Virus record (IMG/VR): IMGVR_UViG_3300032677_000014
DNA length: 64,000 nt
Strand: one strand, 5' to 3'
DNA from: an uncultured virus (IMG/VR IMGVR_UViG_3300032677_000014)
Taxonomy: Duplodnaviria; Heunggongvirae; Uroviricota; Caudoviricetes
Shown: piece by piece, positions 17,112 to 26,962 of the stretch
How the letters are laid out: each line of letters begins with the position of its first letter
Numbering within the stretch: the stretch's first letter is position 1
Program-made: the position numbers and the translations under genes
Notes under the pieces: generated by a model
The model's database searches: none
The model's input: only the letters and a program-made list of their open reading frames with translations
Told to the model about the DNA's origin: nothing

Positions 17112-18064
17112 TGATTAATACATCCCCTAAATTCAAACTCTGATTCGCCGCATACCTGTATTAATTCTGGAAGCATTAGTCTACTACGCTCAAATGACAG
17201 TAATGCGAATCCAGAACGCCAGTCCTTAGGAGCATCTTCAGTATATGCCAAAAATTGCTCGCCATTAGGATCGGCAAGACAGCCCGTTTGAACGCCATAG
17301 CGGGTTCCATTGTAATCGGTAAGGGGTTGGACTGCCAAGTTGTGTGTATGGCCTGTAATCATGTTTACGCCCGAATTAAGGGCATTGGCACGACCAGCTC
17401 CAAAACCACCCTTCCAGCGGTGTTTAATGCAGGTATCCTCGTTAATCCAGTAGCTCCAGCAGGGTTTCCACATAGGAAAGTGGTCTTTAAGGGTAAACCC
17501 TGATACGCCTTCGTACATACTGGTTTGTGCTGACAAAAAGGTCTCAAAACGGGCGTCATGGTTTCCAAGCGTCCAGATTAGCTCAGCCCCTTTAGAAACC
17601 TTTTCTATGCCTGCCATCATCTCTTTGCAGGCTTCTAGCTCTTCTTTAACCGATGGGGTATTTTCCCAGCCGATACGAGCATGGCGGGATGCTTGTGAGC
17701 CGTCAAAGATATCTCCGTTGGCTACGACCACCTTAGGCTTAAACTCTTTAATAATCATCAGCAAAGCTTTGTATGCGGTGGTTACTTCGTCAGGCCAAAA
17801 GTGTGCGTCTGAAAAGACTACAACTCGACCCTTTTCCATGGTGATTCCACGGCGGGCATTGCCTGCGGTTTGTTCTAGTTTTTTAAGAGGAGAATTGATT
17901 GTTGGAGCGGTGGTTAAATTAATACCATATCGCTGTTCTAAGGCTCGTCGTCGCTGATAAACAGCCCGTACATTCATCTTATGTTTATCGGCAAACTTTT
18001 GTGGACTGTTGCACTCCTTCCACGCCCTGATAAACTGATCGTCACTTAGGTAATAGCCAGCCAC
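17105..18064 (-). CDS. calcineurin-like metallophosphoesterase
   Basis: SDAH, GDIFD, GNHD, GHTH. Confidence 0.85.
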   Translation of the reverse strand: MAGYYLSDDQFIRAWKECNSPQKFADKHKMNVRAVYQRRRALEQRYGINLTTAPTINSPLKKLEQTAGNARRGITMEKGRVVVFSDAHFWPDEVTTAYKALLMIIKEFKPKVVVANGDIFDGSQASRHARIGWENTPSVKEELEACKEMMAGIEKVSKGAELIWTLGNHDARFETFLSAQTSMYEGVSGFTLKDHFPMWKPCWSYWINEDTCIKHRWKGGFGAGRANALNSGVNMITGHTHNLAVQPLTDYNGTRYGVQTGCLADPNGEQFLAYTEDAPKDWRSGFALLSFERSRLMLPELIQVCGESEFEFRGCINQC

Positions 18065-18142
18065 ATTATTCTCCTCAGATTAGCTTCCGTAGATAATACA
18101 TTGATTTATAAGACAATTGTGTGAAACTAGGGTAAACACCTA

Positions 18143-21100
18143 TTATTTTAATGCTTTTACCCGTTCATTGAAATTTGTCATAATCACTTGTTTGCGATCA
18201 TTTAGAGCTTTAATGCGCTCTTCTGGAAGGCCACGCTTTTCAGCATCTTTGATCTGTTTGTTGATCTGAGATATTTGATTCTCTGCATTATTAGCTTGTT
18301 GCCATAAACGAGCATCAGGGTTTTCCCTAATAAAGTCTGCAACATTTTCTTTACGCTCACGCATTCCTTTAATGGTTGACTCATACTCAGCCATCTTGGT
18401 TACGTTGTCATAGAAGTGCTGTGAATTGGCTGCAGGAGAATTAATATCTCCGTAGAAACGACCAGCCAACGGAATTTGATAGCTTGGTAATTCTTCAGTC
18501 TTACCCTCTGCAATAGCGGTTGCAGTTTTACCAATCTTCATTGCTTCACGTCCAGCACCACCAGTAACCTGACCTACTAGGTAATCTAATTGATCCGCTG
18601 TTGGGCTTAGGAAACCTTTGGTATCTTCTGTACCACCAGTGATATAGTTAATCGCTTCAGCAACGGCTTTATTAACTTCTGTAGCCTGCTCACGAGAGCG
18701 AGCAAATCCTGGAGTAGGAGCAGTGGCACGATCTTCTTTAGAGATTGGACGACCAAATGCATCTTTATTGGTTGCCAAAGCCACTACTGGATCCAATACG
18801 GTAGGAGAAATAGTCTGTAGAGATAAGTCACCACCACCCATTGGGTTAAATGCGTCCGCAACTACAGCTGCCATATCGCCAGCGTGCTTAATAAAGTTTC
18901 CATGCAATCCAGTTTCTACCGCTAAACGCCCAATGTTTGGCAAGAAATGTAGACCTAATGGATAAGGAATGGCAACATAACCACCTTCACTTAATGGATT
19001 TGGAATAATAAAGTTACGAGACTTAACAAACTCTGGTGGATCATTCTCATCAAATCCAGCCATAGCCATCATACCTGCTTGCAGGGCGCCAAGACCAATA
19101 CCACCCATAATAATCTTTTTGCCAGCGGGACCTTTAAGAGTTTGAACCATACGAGCGGTACCTTGAGCGGACGCATTAAAGAACGCAAAGTAGTTATTAA
19201 TTGCAGTACCGTAAGCACCCTTGCGGTCAAAGTTAACAGTTAACTCTTTGGCTAAGGTTGCGGCTCTATCAATAGACAAACCTTTTTCTTTGGCTACTTT
19301 ATAAGCCGATAAACGAATAGCGTTTTCAATAGAATCATTAAAGTCTGATAAGCCATTAAAGAAAGCGCTAGCTCTTTTTTTAGCAGCACTGCTATGAAGT
19401 TTGTTGATCTTTTCGTTAATGATGTTTTCTTGATCTGCACGTCTAGATAGTTGTTCACGGTACAGTGTTTGACCGCCATTCTCTCTAAATTCTTTGTACA
19501 GTTTGCCCATTTCTGTATCTGGATATCCGCCACCTTTACGCTCATCACGCATGGTTTTTAAGATAGTACCCATGGCTTCTTTAATACCACCAGCAACAGC
19601 CTTTTGCTCACCCCTAAGTTCAGTGTTAGATAAGTTAGCCATAGCGGAACCAAAGTCACGCATAAAGTTCAATGCCCCAAACACTGGGTTCCATTGAGTA
19701 TTAACCTTAGCCATCCATTGGGTGACTTTACCAATTTGCTGACCAGCTAGTCCGACCGTTGGGGTATCCATACCACGGAAAGATTTAACCATATTGGCGG
19801 ATACTGGATTCTTTTTGTTAAAGAAAATATAGCTGTCTTCACCATTAATACGAATGGGAAGAACGTTATTTTTGTAGCGCTCTAAAGGATTTGTCTTGTA
19901 AACAACCTTATCCAATCCGGTGTTAGGATCTTTAACAATGGTGCGAGTTTGACGCTCTTGCATCATACCCACTATATCTTTCCCGTCTAATCCCATAGCA
20001 TCTAGCTCTCTAGCTAAAAGCTCAGGATTCTTAATGGCTTTAGGGCTTACAGGAAGCCATAGGTCTGGATTAGGATATTTAATTGCCAAGCCATATAGGG
20101 CATGGTCAACCTCCATCTTAGCTGCGTTTTCGATTGCAATTTCACGCTGTCTAATAACGCTGTTTAGAATATCTAAGACATCCCGCTCAGAACCCATAGC
20201 CCGCTTTTCAAATACATTTCTAGCTGCCATGCTTCTGCCAACGGTAGAGTTATTCATAAACTCTTCTTCCATATCCCGTTGCAATGGAACGTATTCATCT
20301 CCGTAGGTTCTACGCCAAGCATCAACAACATCTTGCTTAATTTGACCAGACTTAACTAAAAGATCTTGTGTACCTTTAACGATCTTATATACGTCCTGAG
20401 CAACGTCTTCTAATGCTTTGCGTTTAGCTTCTGGTAATGCTTTTAGATAAGCCTCAGCATCTTTTGTAGATATACCAGATCCACGATCCTTTAACGCATA
20501 CTCATGGGTAATACCATTCTCATCCACAATATCTGGATTAACCTTATTCATTTGCTCATTACGTTTTGGAGCATGCTTATTGTGCAAGTAATCCGTAACT
20601 TCTTTTGTGGTAAGTTTAAGAGAATCAATCTTCTTAGCTAATGGCTCAAGATCATTCTCATCAAACAATCTGAATTCGTTTGCTGATTTACTGCGCCATA
20701 GGCCATCCTTAAGATAAGGATTAAACTTGTCTGCAATCTCACCAAAATTCTTTTTAATAGCTTCAACAGTACGTTTTAAATCAATATGTTTATCCTGGAA
20801 TTTGCGAACAATATTTTCTTCTATCCAGCTATTAGGTGTAACCTCCCAATTGGAAGATACATTTTGTCCAAGAACGTTACGAGCGGTTTCTTTTTTCTTT
20901 TCAACTTGTTCAAACTTAGCTCTAGTAATTTCTGGTGCCTTAGTAGCCTTTAGCTTACCTTCCGCTGCCTGACCAAAGATATCTTCTGCATTCTTAAATC
21001 CACGACCACGCAATACATTTCCAACACGCTTAAGCGCATCAATAGCTTTAGCCATAATCGATCTAACTTTAGGAGGCTCAGTTCTATAGTCTGCAAAAGC

Positions 21101-23251
21101 CTTAGCAATTGCTTCCTCTATCTGACCTTCCATTGGTAGATGACCATAATCTTTGGAAATGTCATACTTCTTCATCCAATCAGACTGGGCTTTTCTAGAT
21201 AATGTATCCCAATCTTTTGGAGAAAAGAATCCGTGATCCTTCATAGCGTGCAAAGCTTCGTGGTTCATTGTTCTATGAATGTTGTCTCCGTTTAAAGAGA
21301 GCGCAATCATATTGTCAAAATAAGCACCGTTAACCGATTCCATCTTGCCAGCAACACGGGCATTTAAAGAATCCGATAATTGAAGACCAATATCTTTTAA
21401 ACCCATTTGGTCTAATGAACTTCTTAGGGTTTTCCCTAATGACTCTGCATCACCCGCAAATTTAGGAGTATGTGATGCGGCCTGTCTTTCAAATGGAATA
21501 TCTTCATCCAAATCAATTCTACGTTGACCGGTCAAAGACTCTTCTGGTGTCTGACCTAACTCAAAGTCTTGAGCACGCTCTTGGCTGCGCCTTTCAATCT
21601 CTTTACGATCACGCTCTGCTTGGGCATCCATTTCTGCTTGAAGTTCTTCATCTTCTCTAGCTTTTCTAGCGGCTTCTTCTTGAGCCATGCGAGCCTGTGC
21701 TTGCTCTGGAGTTTCTTGAGTTTGAAATTGTTTATTAAATTCTTCAACTTCACGGTCTCTTGCTTCCATTTCTGCACGGATACGGTCTCCTTCAGCCATA
21801 TCTGAGTCATGCATATTAACAAGGAAGTCCACCATCTTCTTTTCGTTAGGTGTAAGCTTCTCTCCGTTTAATGCTTTATTAACTGCTTTTTGGGTTGCCC
21901 GTCCATTGATGTCACCCTTAAGATTTACTGGGCGATCAAACCACCAATTGGCATTTGGTGTCCATCTAGTTCTACCAATTACGGGAGAAGAGTAATCGTC
22001 TGCTACCTCTCTAATTATTTTTCCGCCAATTTCAGACCATCCAGCTTCATCCGCATAACGCTTAAGGCTTGCTTGAACTTCGGGATCCTCTAATCTATTT
22101 ACAGGGACTGGCTCGACTTTTACAGGCTCAGGAACTGGTTCTTGTTTTTGAGTAAGCTTAGTAATAGGCTCCTCAGCAGGCACAATCTTAGGAGTTTCAG
22201 GAGGCAATTCTTTTTGAATTAAAGGCTCTGTTTTAATTGGCTCTGCAACAACAGGCTCAGCTTTAGCCTCTTCGGCAGGAGTAACTTCTGGCTGAATTAT
22301 TGGTTTAGCTTCATTAATAAACTCTGGGTGTTCGTAACCAGGCTCCATAGACTTTATCATCATTGCTGTGTCTTGAGACTGGGATGGAGGAACGTACTCT
22401 GGGCTAACTGCTTTTTCAGGTGGTATTTCTGGGATGATATTGGGCGTAACTTCTGGCTCTGGTCTACGGAATGCAGCAACAGCAGCACGTTGAGCAGGAG
22501 TGCCTACGAATTCACCAGCACGTACAAGCCCTCTACCAAGCGCTGTTTCTTTCTGACCTAATGCACCGCCTAGTGCAGCGATACCGACTCTTCCGTAATC
22601 CATAGGCTCTTCGCCCATAGCTTGCTGGCCTGCCTCCATACCAGCACCAACACCGGTATTGAGGATAGCGTTTCCTACGGCAGCTGTTTTCTCTGCTGCC
22701 AATTGTTTTGCGGCATCTTCAGCTAAACCTTTACCGCTTCTAAGTAATGCGCCACTAGGACGGAATGCTGCAAGGTTAGGGAGCAACTCGCCGGTAAATG
22801 ATGCATATGGATGTTCTTTAGCTTCTTTAGCTGCAGTTTCTGCATCAATACCTAAGAACTTAGCCGTTTCAGGATGTGCCTTTAAGAACTCTTCTTGAGC
22901 TGCGGCTGCGGCTGCAGATGACGCAAAGCCAGCACCGAGTCCACCAGCAATGGTACCAACTGGACCAGCAGCTGTGCCTACTGTAGCACCAGCAGCGCCA
23001 CCGATAAGACCTGCTGCAGATGGAACAATACTACGCAATACTCCATGACCAAGAGCAGCTATACCGCTAGTCTCTGGTTCTGCTTCAGCAACCGGAACGC
23101 CAAAACGCTGCCTAATTGCATCTTTGGTAGCATCATTTGCACCTGAGAAGTCATTATCTAAAGCAGAATACTTATCAAAGATAGCCTGCTTAGTTGCTTC
23201 ATTTGCATTGACATAGTTCGGATCCTCTAGGATCTCCATCAAACTAGGCAT
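18143..23251 (-). CDS. large internal virion/ejection protein (polyvalent-protein-like, metallopeptidase motif, LPD38-like C-terminus)
   Basis: 1702 aa; HEALH...EEAIA; helical C-terminal region with YVAIPYPLG..N.DAFGRPI; position at the end of the tail module. Confidence 0.65.
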   Translation of the reverse strand: MPSLMEILEDPNYVNANEATKQAIFDKYSALDNDFSGANDATKDAIRQRFGVPVAEAEPETSGIAALGHGVLRSIVPSAAGLIGGAAGATVGTAAGPVGTIAGGLGAGFASSAAAAAAQEEFLKAHPETAKFLGIDAETAAKEAKEHPYASFTGELLPNLAAFRPSGALLRSGKGLAEDAAKQLAAEKTAAVGNAILNTGVGAGMEAGQQAMGEEPMDYGRVGIAALGGALGQKETALGRGLVRAGEFVGTPAQRAAVAAFRRPEPEVTPNIIPEIPPEKAVSPEYVPPSQSQDTAMMIKSMEPGYEHPEFINEAKPIIQPEVTPAEEAKAEPVVAEPIKTEPLIQKELPPETPKIVPAEEPITKLTQKQEPVPEPVKVEPVPVNRLEDPEVQASLKRYADEAGWSEIGGKIIREVADDYSSPVIGRTRWTPNANWWFDRPVNLKGDINGRATQKAVNKALNGEKLTPNEKKMVDFLVNMHDSDMAEGDRIRAEMEARDREVEEFNKQFQTQETPEQAQARMAQEEAARKAREDEELQAEMDAQAERDRKEIERRSQERAQDFELGQTPEESLTGQRRIDLDEDIPFERQAASHTPKFAGDAESLGKTLRSSLDQMGLKDIGLQLSDSLNARVAGKMESVNGAYFDNMIALSLNGDNIHRTMNHEALHAMKDHGFFSPKDWDTLSRKAQSDWMKKYDISKDYGHLPMEGQIEEAIAKAFADYRTEPPKVRSIMAKAIDALKRVGNVLRGRGFKNAEDIFGQAAEGKLKATKAPEITRAKFEQVEKKKETARNVLGQNVSSNWEVTPNSWIEENIVRKFQDKHIDLKRTVEAIKKNFGEIADKFNPYLKDGLWRSKSANEFRLFDENDLEPLAKKIDSLKLTTKEVTDYLHNKHAPKRNEQMNKVNPDIVDENGITHEYALKDRGSGISTKDAEAYLKALPEAKRKALEDVAQDVYKIVKGTQDLLVKSGQIKQDVVDAWRRTYGDEYVPLQRDMEEEFMNNSTVGRSMAARNVFEKRAMGSERDVLDILNSVIRQREIAIENAAKMEVDHALYGLAIKYPNPDLWLPVSPKAIKNPELLARELDAMGLDGKDIVGMMQERQTRTIVKDPNTGLDKVVYKTNPLERYKNNVLPIRINGEDSYIFFNKKNPVSANMVKSFRGMDTPTVGLAGQQIGKVTQWMAKVNTQWNPVFGALNFMRDFGSAMANLSNTELRGEQKAVAGGIKEAMGTILKTMRDERKGGGYPDTEMGKLYKEFRENGGQTLYREQLSRRADQENIINEKINKLHSSAAKKRASAFFNGLSDFNDSIENAIRLSAYKVAKEKGLSIDRAATLAKELTVNFDRKGAYGTAINNYFAFFNASAQGTARMVQTLKGPAGKKIIMGGIGLGALQAGMMAMAGFDENDPPEFVKSRNFIIPNPLSEGGYVAIPYPLGLHFLPNIGRLAVETGLHGNFIKHAGDMAAVVADAFNPMGGGDLSLQTISPTVLDPVVALATNKDAFGRPISKEDRATAPTPGFARSREQATEVNKAVAEAINYITGGTEDTKGFLSPTADQLDYLVGQVTGGAGREAMKIGKTATAIAEGKTEELPSYQIPLAGRFYGDINSPAANSQHFYDNVTKMAEYESTIKGMRERKENVADFIRENPDARLWQQANNAENQISQINKQIKDAEKRGLPEERIKALNDRKQVIMTNFNERVKALK

Positions 23252-23263
23252 GTTTATCCTTTA

Positions 23264-25195
23264 TTATTTTGCTAACAATGGATTGCTTGTATCTACAGCT
23301 CCAGGCGTTGGCTTTGCAGAAGATGATGAACCAAACATTCTTTCAAAAAATCCTGGCTTTGCAACTTTAGCAGGAGGTGGAGGAAGGTTAATTGGCTTAT
23401 TGCTTGCGTAAGCATCCTCAATCAATTTTAAATTGTTTGAATAATATCCATAAAGTGGATCGCTTGGATCCATAGTTTCCAATTGCTTAACAATTGATTT
23501 GTATTGTGGATTTTGTGCAGCACGAGCTTGGGCTGCTTGTGCCATTTTATCTCTAGCAATATCTTCTTTGTTTCCGTAAGAACTTTCTAATATATCGTAG
23601 TGACGCTTAGATGTTTCTGCGGCAGATTGATACTTAAATAGTCCAAGACGCTCTGCAGCAATATCTTTGGCTTCATCAGATTGTTGCTTTTGTAATGCCG
23701 CATAAGCAGCAACACCCTGTTGCGCACCTTCACCAATACCAGTTAATGCGTATGGAGATTTAGATCCAAGCATTCCTAAGCCAGCAGACAATAAAGCCAT
23801 GTATTTATTTGACTCTTTGTCTTTTTGTGCTTGTGCAGTGCGATCTTGAATGTCTTGCAAAATAGCCTGTTGATATTGATCTGCTGGGGAAAGCTGAGTA
23901 ATTCCAGCATTAGCTTGAGGCATTGTCTGATTATTTGTAACTGTATTATTTGATGTTGGAGCTTGATTTAAATTTGTTGAAGCGCTATTAATATTTGCTC
24001 CAACAGGTGGAACATCCATATCAGCAATAGCCCCTTGGTATCCAGATGGAGCAACTTTTGGATTGGCGGCTGTATATCTTTGGCTAGTCGATGGAATTGC
24101 TTTGTTTAATAAACTTGCAATAGATGCACTTTTACCACGAGCAGGACTTTGACCAAATGGTATTCCTGTATCTGTACTGGTTGTTGTATCATCAGTGTCG
24201 GTTGACATTCCTGATGAACGACCACCTATACCAACCAAACTTCCTGAAGGGCCAGCAAATCCTGGAACCTCTCCACCTTCTGCATAGTTAGCAACATAGT
24301 TACGGGTTTCCTTGGGAACCTTAGCCATGTCACCACCAGATCTTAGCCATTTGTCTACGTTACCTGGACCCCAGTTGTAAGCCATAGCAGCTAAGCGCTC
24401 ATCGCCGTTGTACTTATTGCTTAACTGAGATAGATATCTAACGCCCGCATGGATGTTTTGCATTGGATCCATTGGGTTAGTAACGCCTAATTCTTTAGCA
24501 GTCTTTGGCATTAACTGCATCACACCCAAAGCACCCGCCTTGGATTTAGCTGTTTCAGGATTCTCTAGGTTTCCTGTTTCTTTATTCATTACATGCATTG
24601 CTAACTTAGGGGAAACACCTAAATCTTGAGCAAACTTTAGACCCAATCCTGCATATTTGTGGGTTGCCATGCCTGGATCCATTCCATAGGATCTGCCTTG
24701 GACTTGGATGCCAGCAGAGGGATGTATATCAGATCTTCTGCCACGAGCAGCGATTGCTTGAATGAGGTCATTATCGGTTCCTGTACCATAGAGCTGTGCC
24801 ATTTCAGCATCTTCTCTATCATCTGGTGACATGTATTCATCTTCATTAATAATATCTCCGCTAGCAAAGGCTACAATACCGCCGCCTGCCATTTGTTGTG
24901 GTAAATTACTTGGTGCTGCAGCAATGCCTTGTTGTGGCATTTGTGGCTGCATTTGAGGCATTTGTGGACGTACAGCTTGGTCAGCCTTTTGCATAATCTG
25001 CTCACCAATGGATGGCTGGTTTTGGTCCTTTTGACCAGCTAATAATTGAGCGGCCTCGTCACGTTGCTGAACCTTCTCTTGCAGGAGTGGCATACCAACA
25101 TAAGAAGGTAATGTGCCGTCTTGAATGGACTTTTGGATCTGCTCAATGCTGAGTTTTTGAGCATGCGCTATATTGCTTAACAAATCACCAATCAT
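23264..25195 (-). CDS. internal virion protein with lytic transglycosylase (SLT) domain
   Basis: KET, SKAGALGVMQLMP.TA, NIHAGVRYL, AYNWGPG, ETRNYV. Confidence 0.85.
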   Translation of the reverse strand: MIGDLLSNIAHAQKLSIEQIQKSIQDGTLPSYVGMPLLQEKVQQRDEAAQLLAGQKDQNQPSIGEQIMQKADQAVRPQMPQMQPQMPQQGIAAAPSNLPQQMAGGGIVAFASGDIINEDEYMSPDDREDAEMAQLYGTGTDNDLIQAIAARGRRSDIHPSAGIQVQGRSYGMDPGMATHKYAGLGLKFAQDLGVSPKLAMHVMNKETGNLENPETAKSKAGALGVMQLMPKTAKELGVTNPMDPMQNIHAGVRYLSQLSNKYNGDERLAAMAYNWGPGNVDKWLRSGGDMAKVPKETRNYVANYAEGGEVPGFAGPSGSLVGIGGRSSGMSTDTDDTTTSTDTGIPFGQSPARGKSASIASLLNKAIPSTSQRYTAANPKVAPSGYQGAIADMDVPPVGANINSASTNLNQAPTSNNTVTNNQTMPQANAGITQLSPADQYQQAILQDIQDRTAQAQKDKESNKYMALLSAGLGMLGSKSPYALTGIGEGAQQGVAAYAALQKQQSDEAKDIAAERLGLFKYQSAAETSKRHYDILESSYGNKEDIARDKMAQAAQARAAQNPQYKSIVKQLETMDPSDPLYGYYSNNLKLIEDAYASNKPINLPPPPAKVAKPGFFERMFGSSSSAKPTPGAVDTSNPLLAK

Positions 25196-25196
25196 A

Positions 25197-26555
25197 TTAG
25201 CCTTTCTTGCTCATTGCTTTATGGATGCCAAGTTCAACAATACCGTTGCCTTTATTCTTAACCGCTCCACCTTTTTTACCTGCTAGTTTATTTAACGCCA
25301 AACCAGTGGTTGCTATGCCAGCTGCTTGATTAATAGCATTTGGAGCTGCGTTGTATTGCAATGTAGAAATATTCTGTGGAGCACCTGTGTACAGAGATTC
25401 CAATTGACCCAACTGAGCCAATGGATACTGTTGCATTGTGCCGTATTGTTGCGCTGCAGTGCTAAGAATGTTTTGATTCTGAGCTTGCTGTTGTGCACCG
25501 TATTGATTTTGTAAACCAAGGATACCTTGTTGAGCAGCCAGTTGTGAGCCACCAATATTAGCAAGATTAGACGCTGCTGTATTTGCACCAGCATAACCTT
25601 GTTGTGCCGCATTAACACCAGCCAAACCTGCTTGGGCGCCTTGCATACCTTGTGCTGTACCTGCTAACTGAGCGTTTACGCCCTGCAATCCAACGCCAGC
25701 GCCTTGCATTCCCAATTGAGCAGCTGTTTGCATATTTTGATTAGCAGTATTATATGCTTGGTTATATGCCTGACCAATAGCTTGTTGTTGAGCCAGTGCA
25801 TTGTTCTGTTGTGTAAGTCCTTGTTGAACTGCTTGACGGCTACCACCGAACGCACCTTGACCTACTGCTTGAGCTTGATTTTGGTTCTGTGTAATTTGTT
25901 CTTGTTGATTCATTAATGCTAGCTCTGGAGCTAAAGCATTCTGAATGTAAGGGTTCATGTAAGCGCTAACTGCACTAGGATTTGTAGCATTTTGACCGTA
26001 GCTTAGACCTTGTTGTGCACCTAATGCACCATACATGCCACCACCTTGAGTACCGATACCAGCGCCTTGAGCGCCGTATTGAGCACCAGCAGCGCCGTAA
26101 CCCATAGAAGGAGCAACCGTTCCTAATGATCCTTGACCAGCTGTGCCAGCCATTTGGCTAGCTTGACCATACTGACCTGGAACTTGAAGATTTGCTGCGC
26201 CTTGGAAAGACTGTTGCTGAAGTGGAGAGAATCCTGCAATTTGGCTAGATGCTGCAGCTAAGGCTTGTTGAGTAGCTGGGGTATTTGACGTAGCATTGAA
26301 TGGTGTATATCCACTTTGAGCACCCAGCTGAATATTTCCATTGGCATCCGTTGTCATATTTGGATACACATCCTGCATAGCTGAGTTAATCAGCGAAGAA
26401 ACGCCAGGCTGTGCCCAAGGAGCAATATTAGATACGGTCTGATTAGCCGCCGTAGGAGATGCAGACTGTTGTCCACCACCACCTCCGCCACCAAGAAATG
26501 GAGTGCGTTTTAAGTCCCAAGTCCAGCCGCTGTGTTTACTTTTAAACATGCTCAT
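25197..26555 (-). CDS. internal virion/DNA ejection protein
   Basis: Gln/Gly/Ala-rich; YMNPY, GAFGGSRQ. Confidence 0.7.
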   Translation of the reverse strand: MSMFKSKHSGWTWDLKRTPFLGGGGGGGQQSASPTAANQTVSNIAPWAQPGVSSLINSAMQDVYPNMTTDANGNIQLGAQSGYTPFNATSNTPATQQALAAASSQIAGFSPLQQQSFQGAANLQVPGQYGQASQMAGTAGQGSLGTVAPSMGYGAAGAQYGAQGAGIGTQGGGMYGALGAQQGLSYGQNATNPSAVSAYMNPYIQNALAPELALMNQQEQITQNQNQAQAVGQGAFGGSRQAVQQGLTQQNNALAQQQAIGQAYNQAYNTANQNMQTAAQLGMQGAGVGLQGVNAQLAGTAQGMQGAQAGLAGVNAAQQGYAGANTAASNLANIGGSQLAAQQGILGLQNQYGAQQQAQNQNILSTAAQQYGTMQQYPLAQLGQLESLYTGAPQNISTLQYNAAPNAINQAAGIATTGLALNKLAGKKGGAVKNKGNGIVELGIHKAMSKKG

Positions 26556-26962
26556 AATTTTATTTCCATTAATGTAGCTTTTTTAGCTAATCCAACCTTT
26601 TCATATAACCTTGCTGCAGAATCTCTTGCATAAGCCTGAATTCTAGTGGCTCCAAATGATCCTGCAATATTCTTTACCTGATTAAATAAATCATTGGTAA
26701 CAACTCCTTTACCACCCAAACAAGTAATGATTGCTGTTCTAAAATTAGCGTCATTACTAAAAGCCACAGTTAAGGCTCCATGTATTTGCTGATTATCGTC
26801 AACAATTACTAACAAAATCCACTGCCCAGATGATAAATAAACCTTAATTTGCTCTGCGCTGTAATCATCTGAAAACTTTACCGCACTATCAATATACTTT
26901 TCAACTAAGAGCCAAGTCTGCGCAATAAAATGAACAGGAACTTGGCGTACATTTAAACTCAT
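26552..26962 (-). CDS. GNAT-fold-like virion module protein
   Basis: GATRIQAYARDSAARLYEKVG; position among the ejection genes. Confidence 0.55.
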   Translation of the reverse strand: MSLNVRQVPVHFIAQTWLLVEKYIDSAVKFSDDYSAEQIKVYLSSGQWILLVIVDDNQQIHGALTVAFSNDANFRTAIITCLGGKGVVTNDLFNQVKNIAGSFGATRIQAYARDSAARLYEKVGLAKKATLMEIKL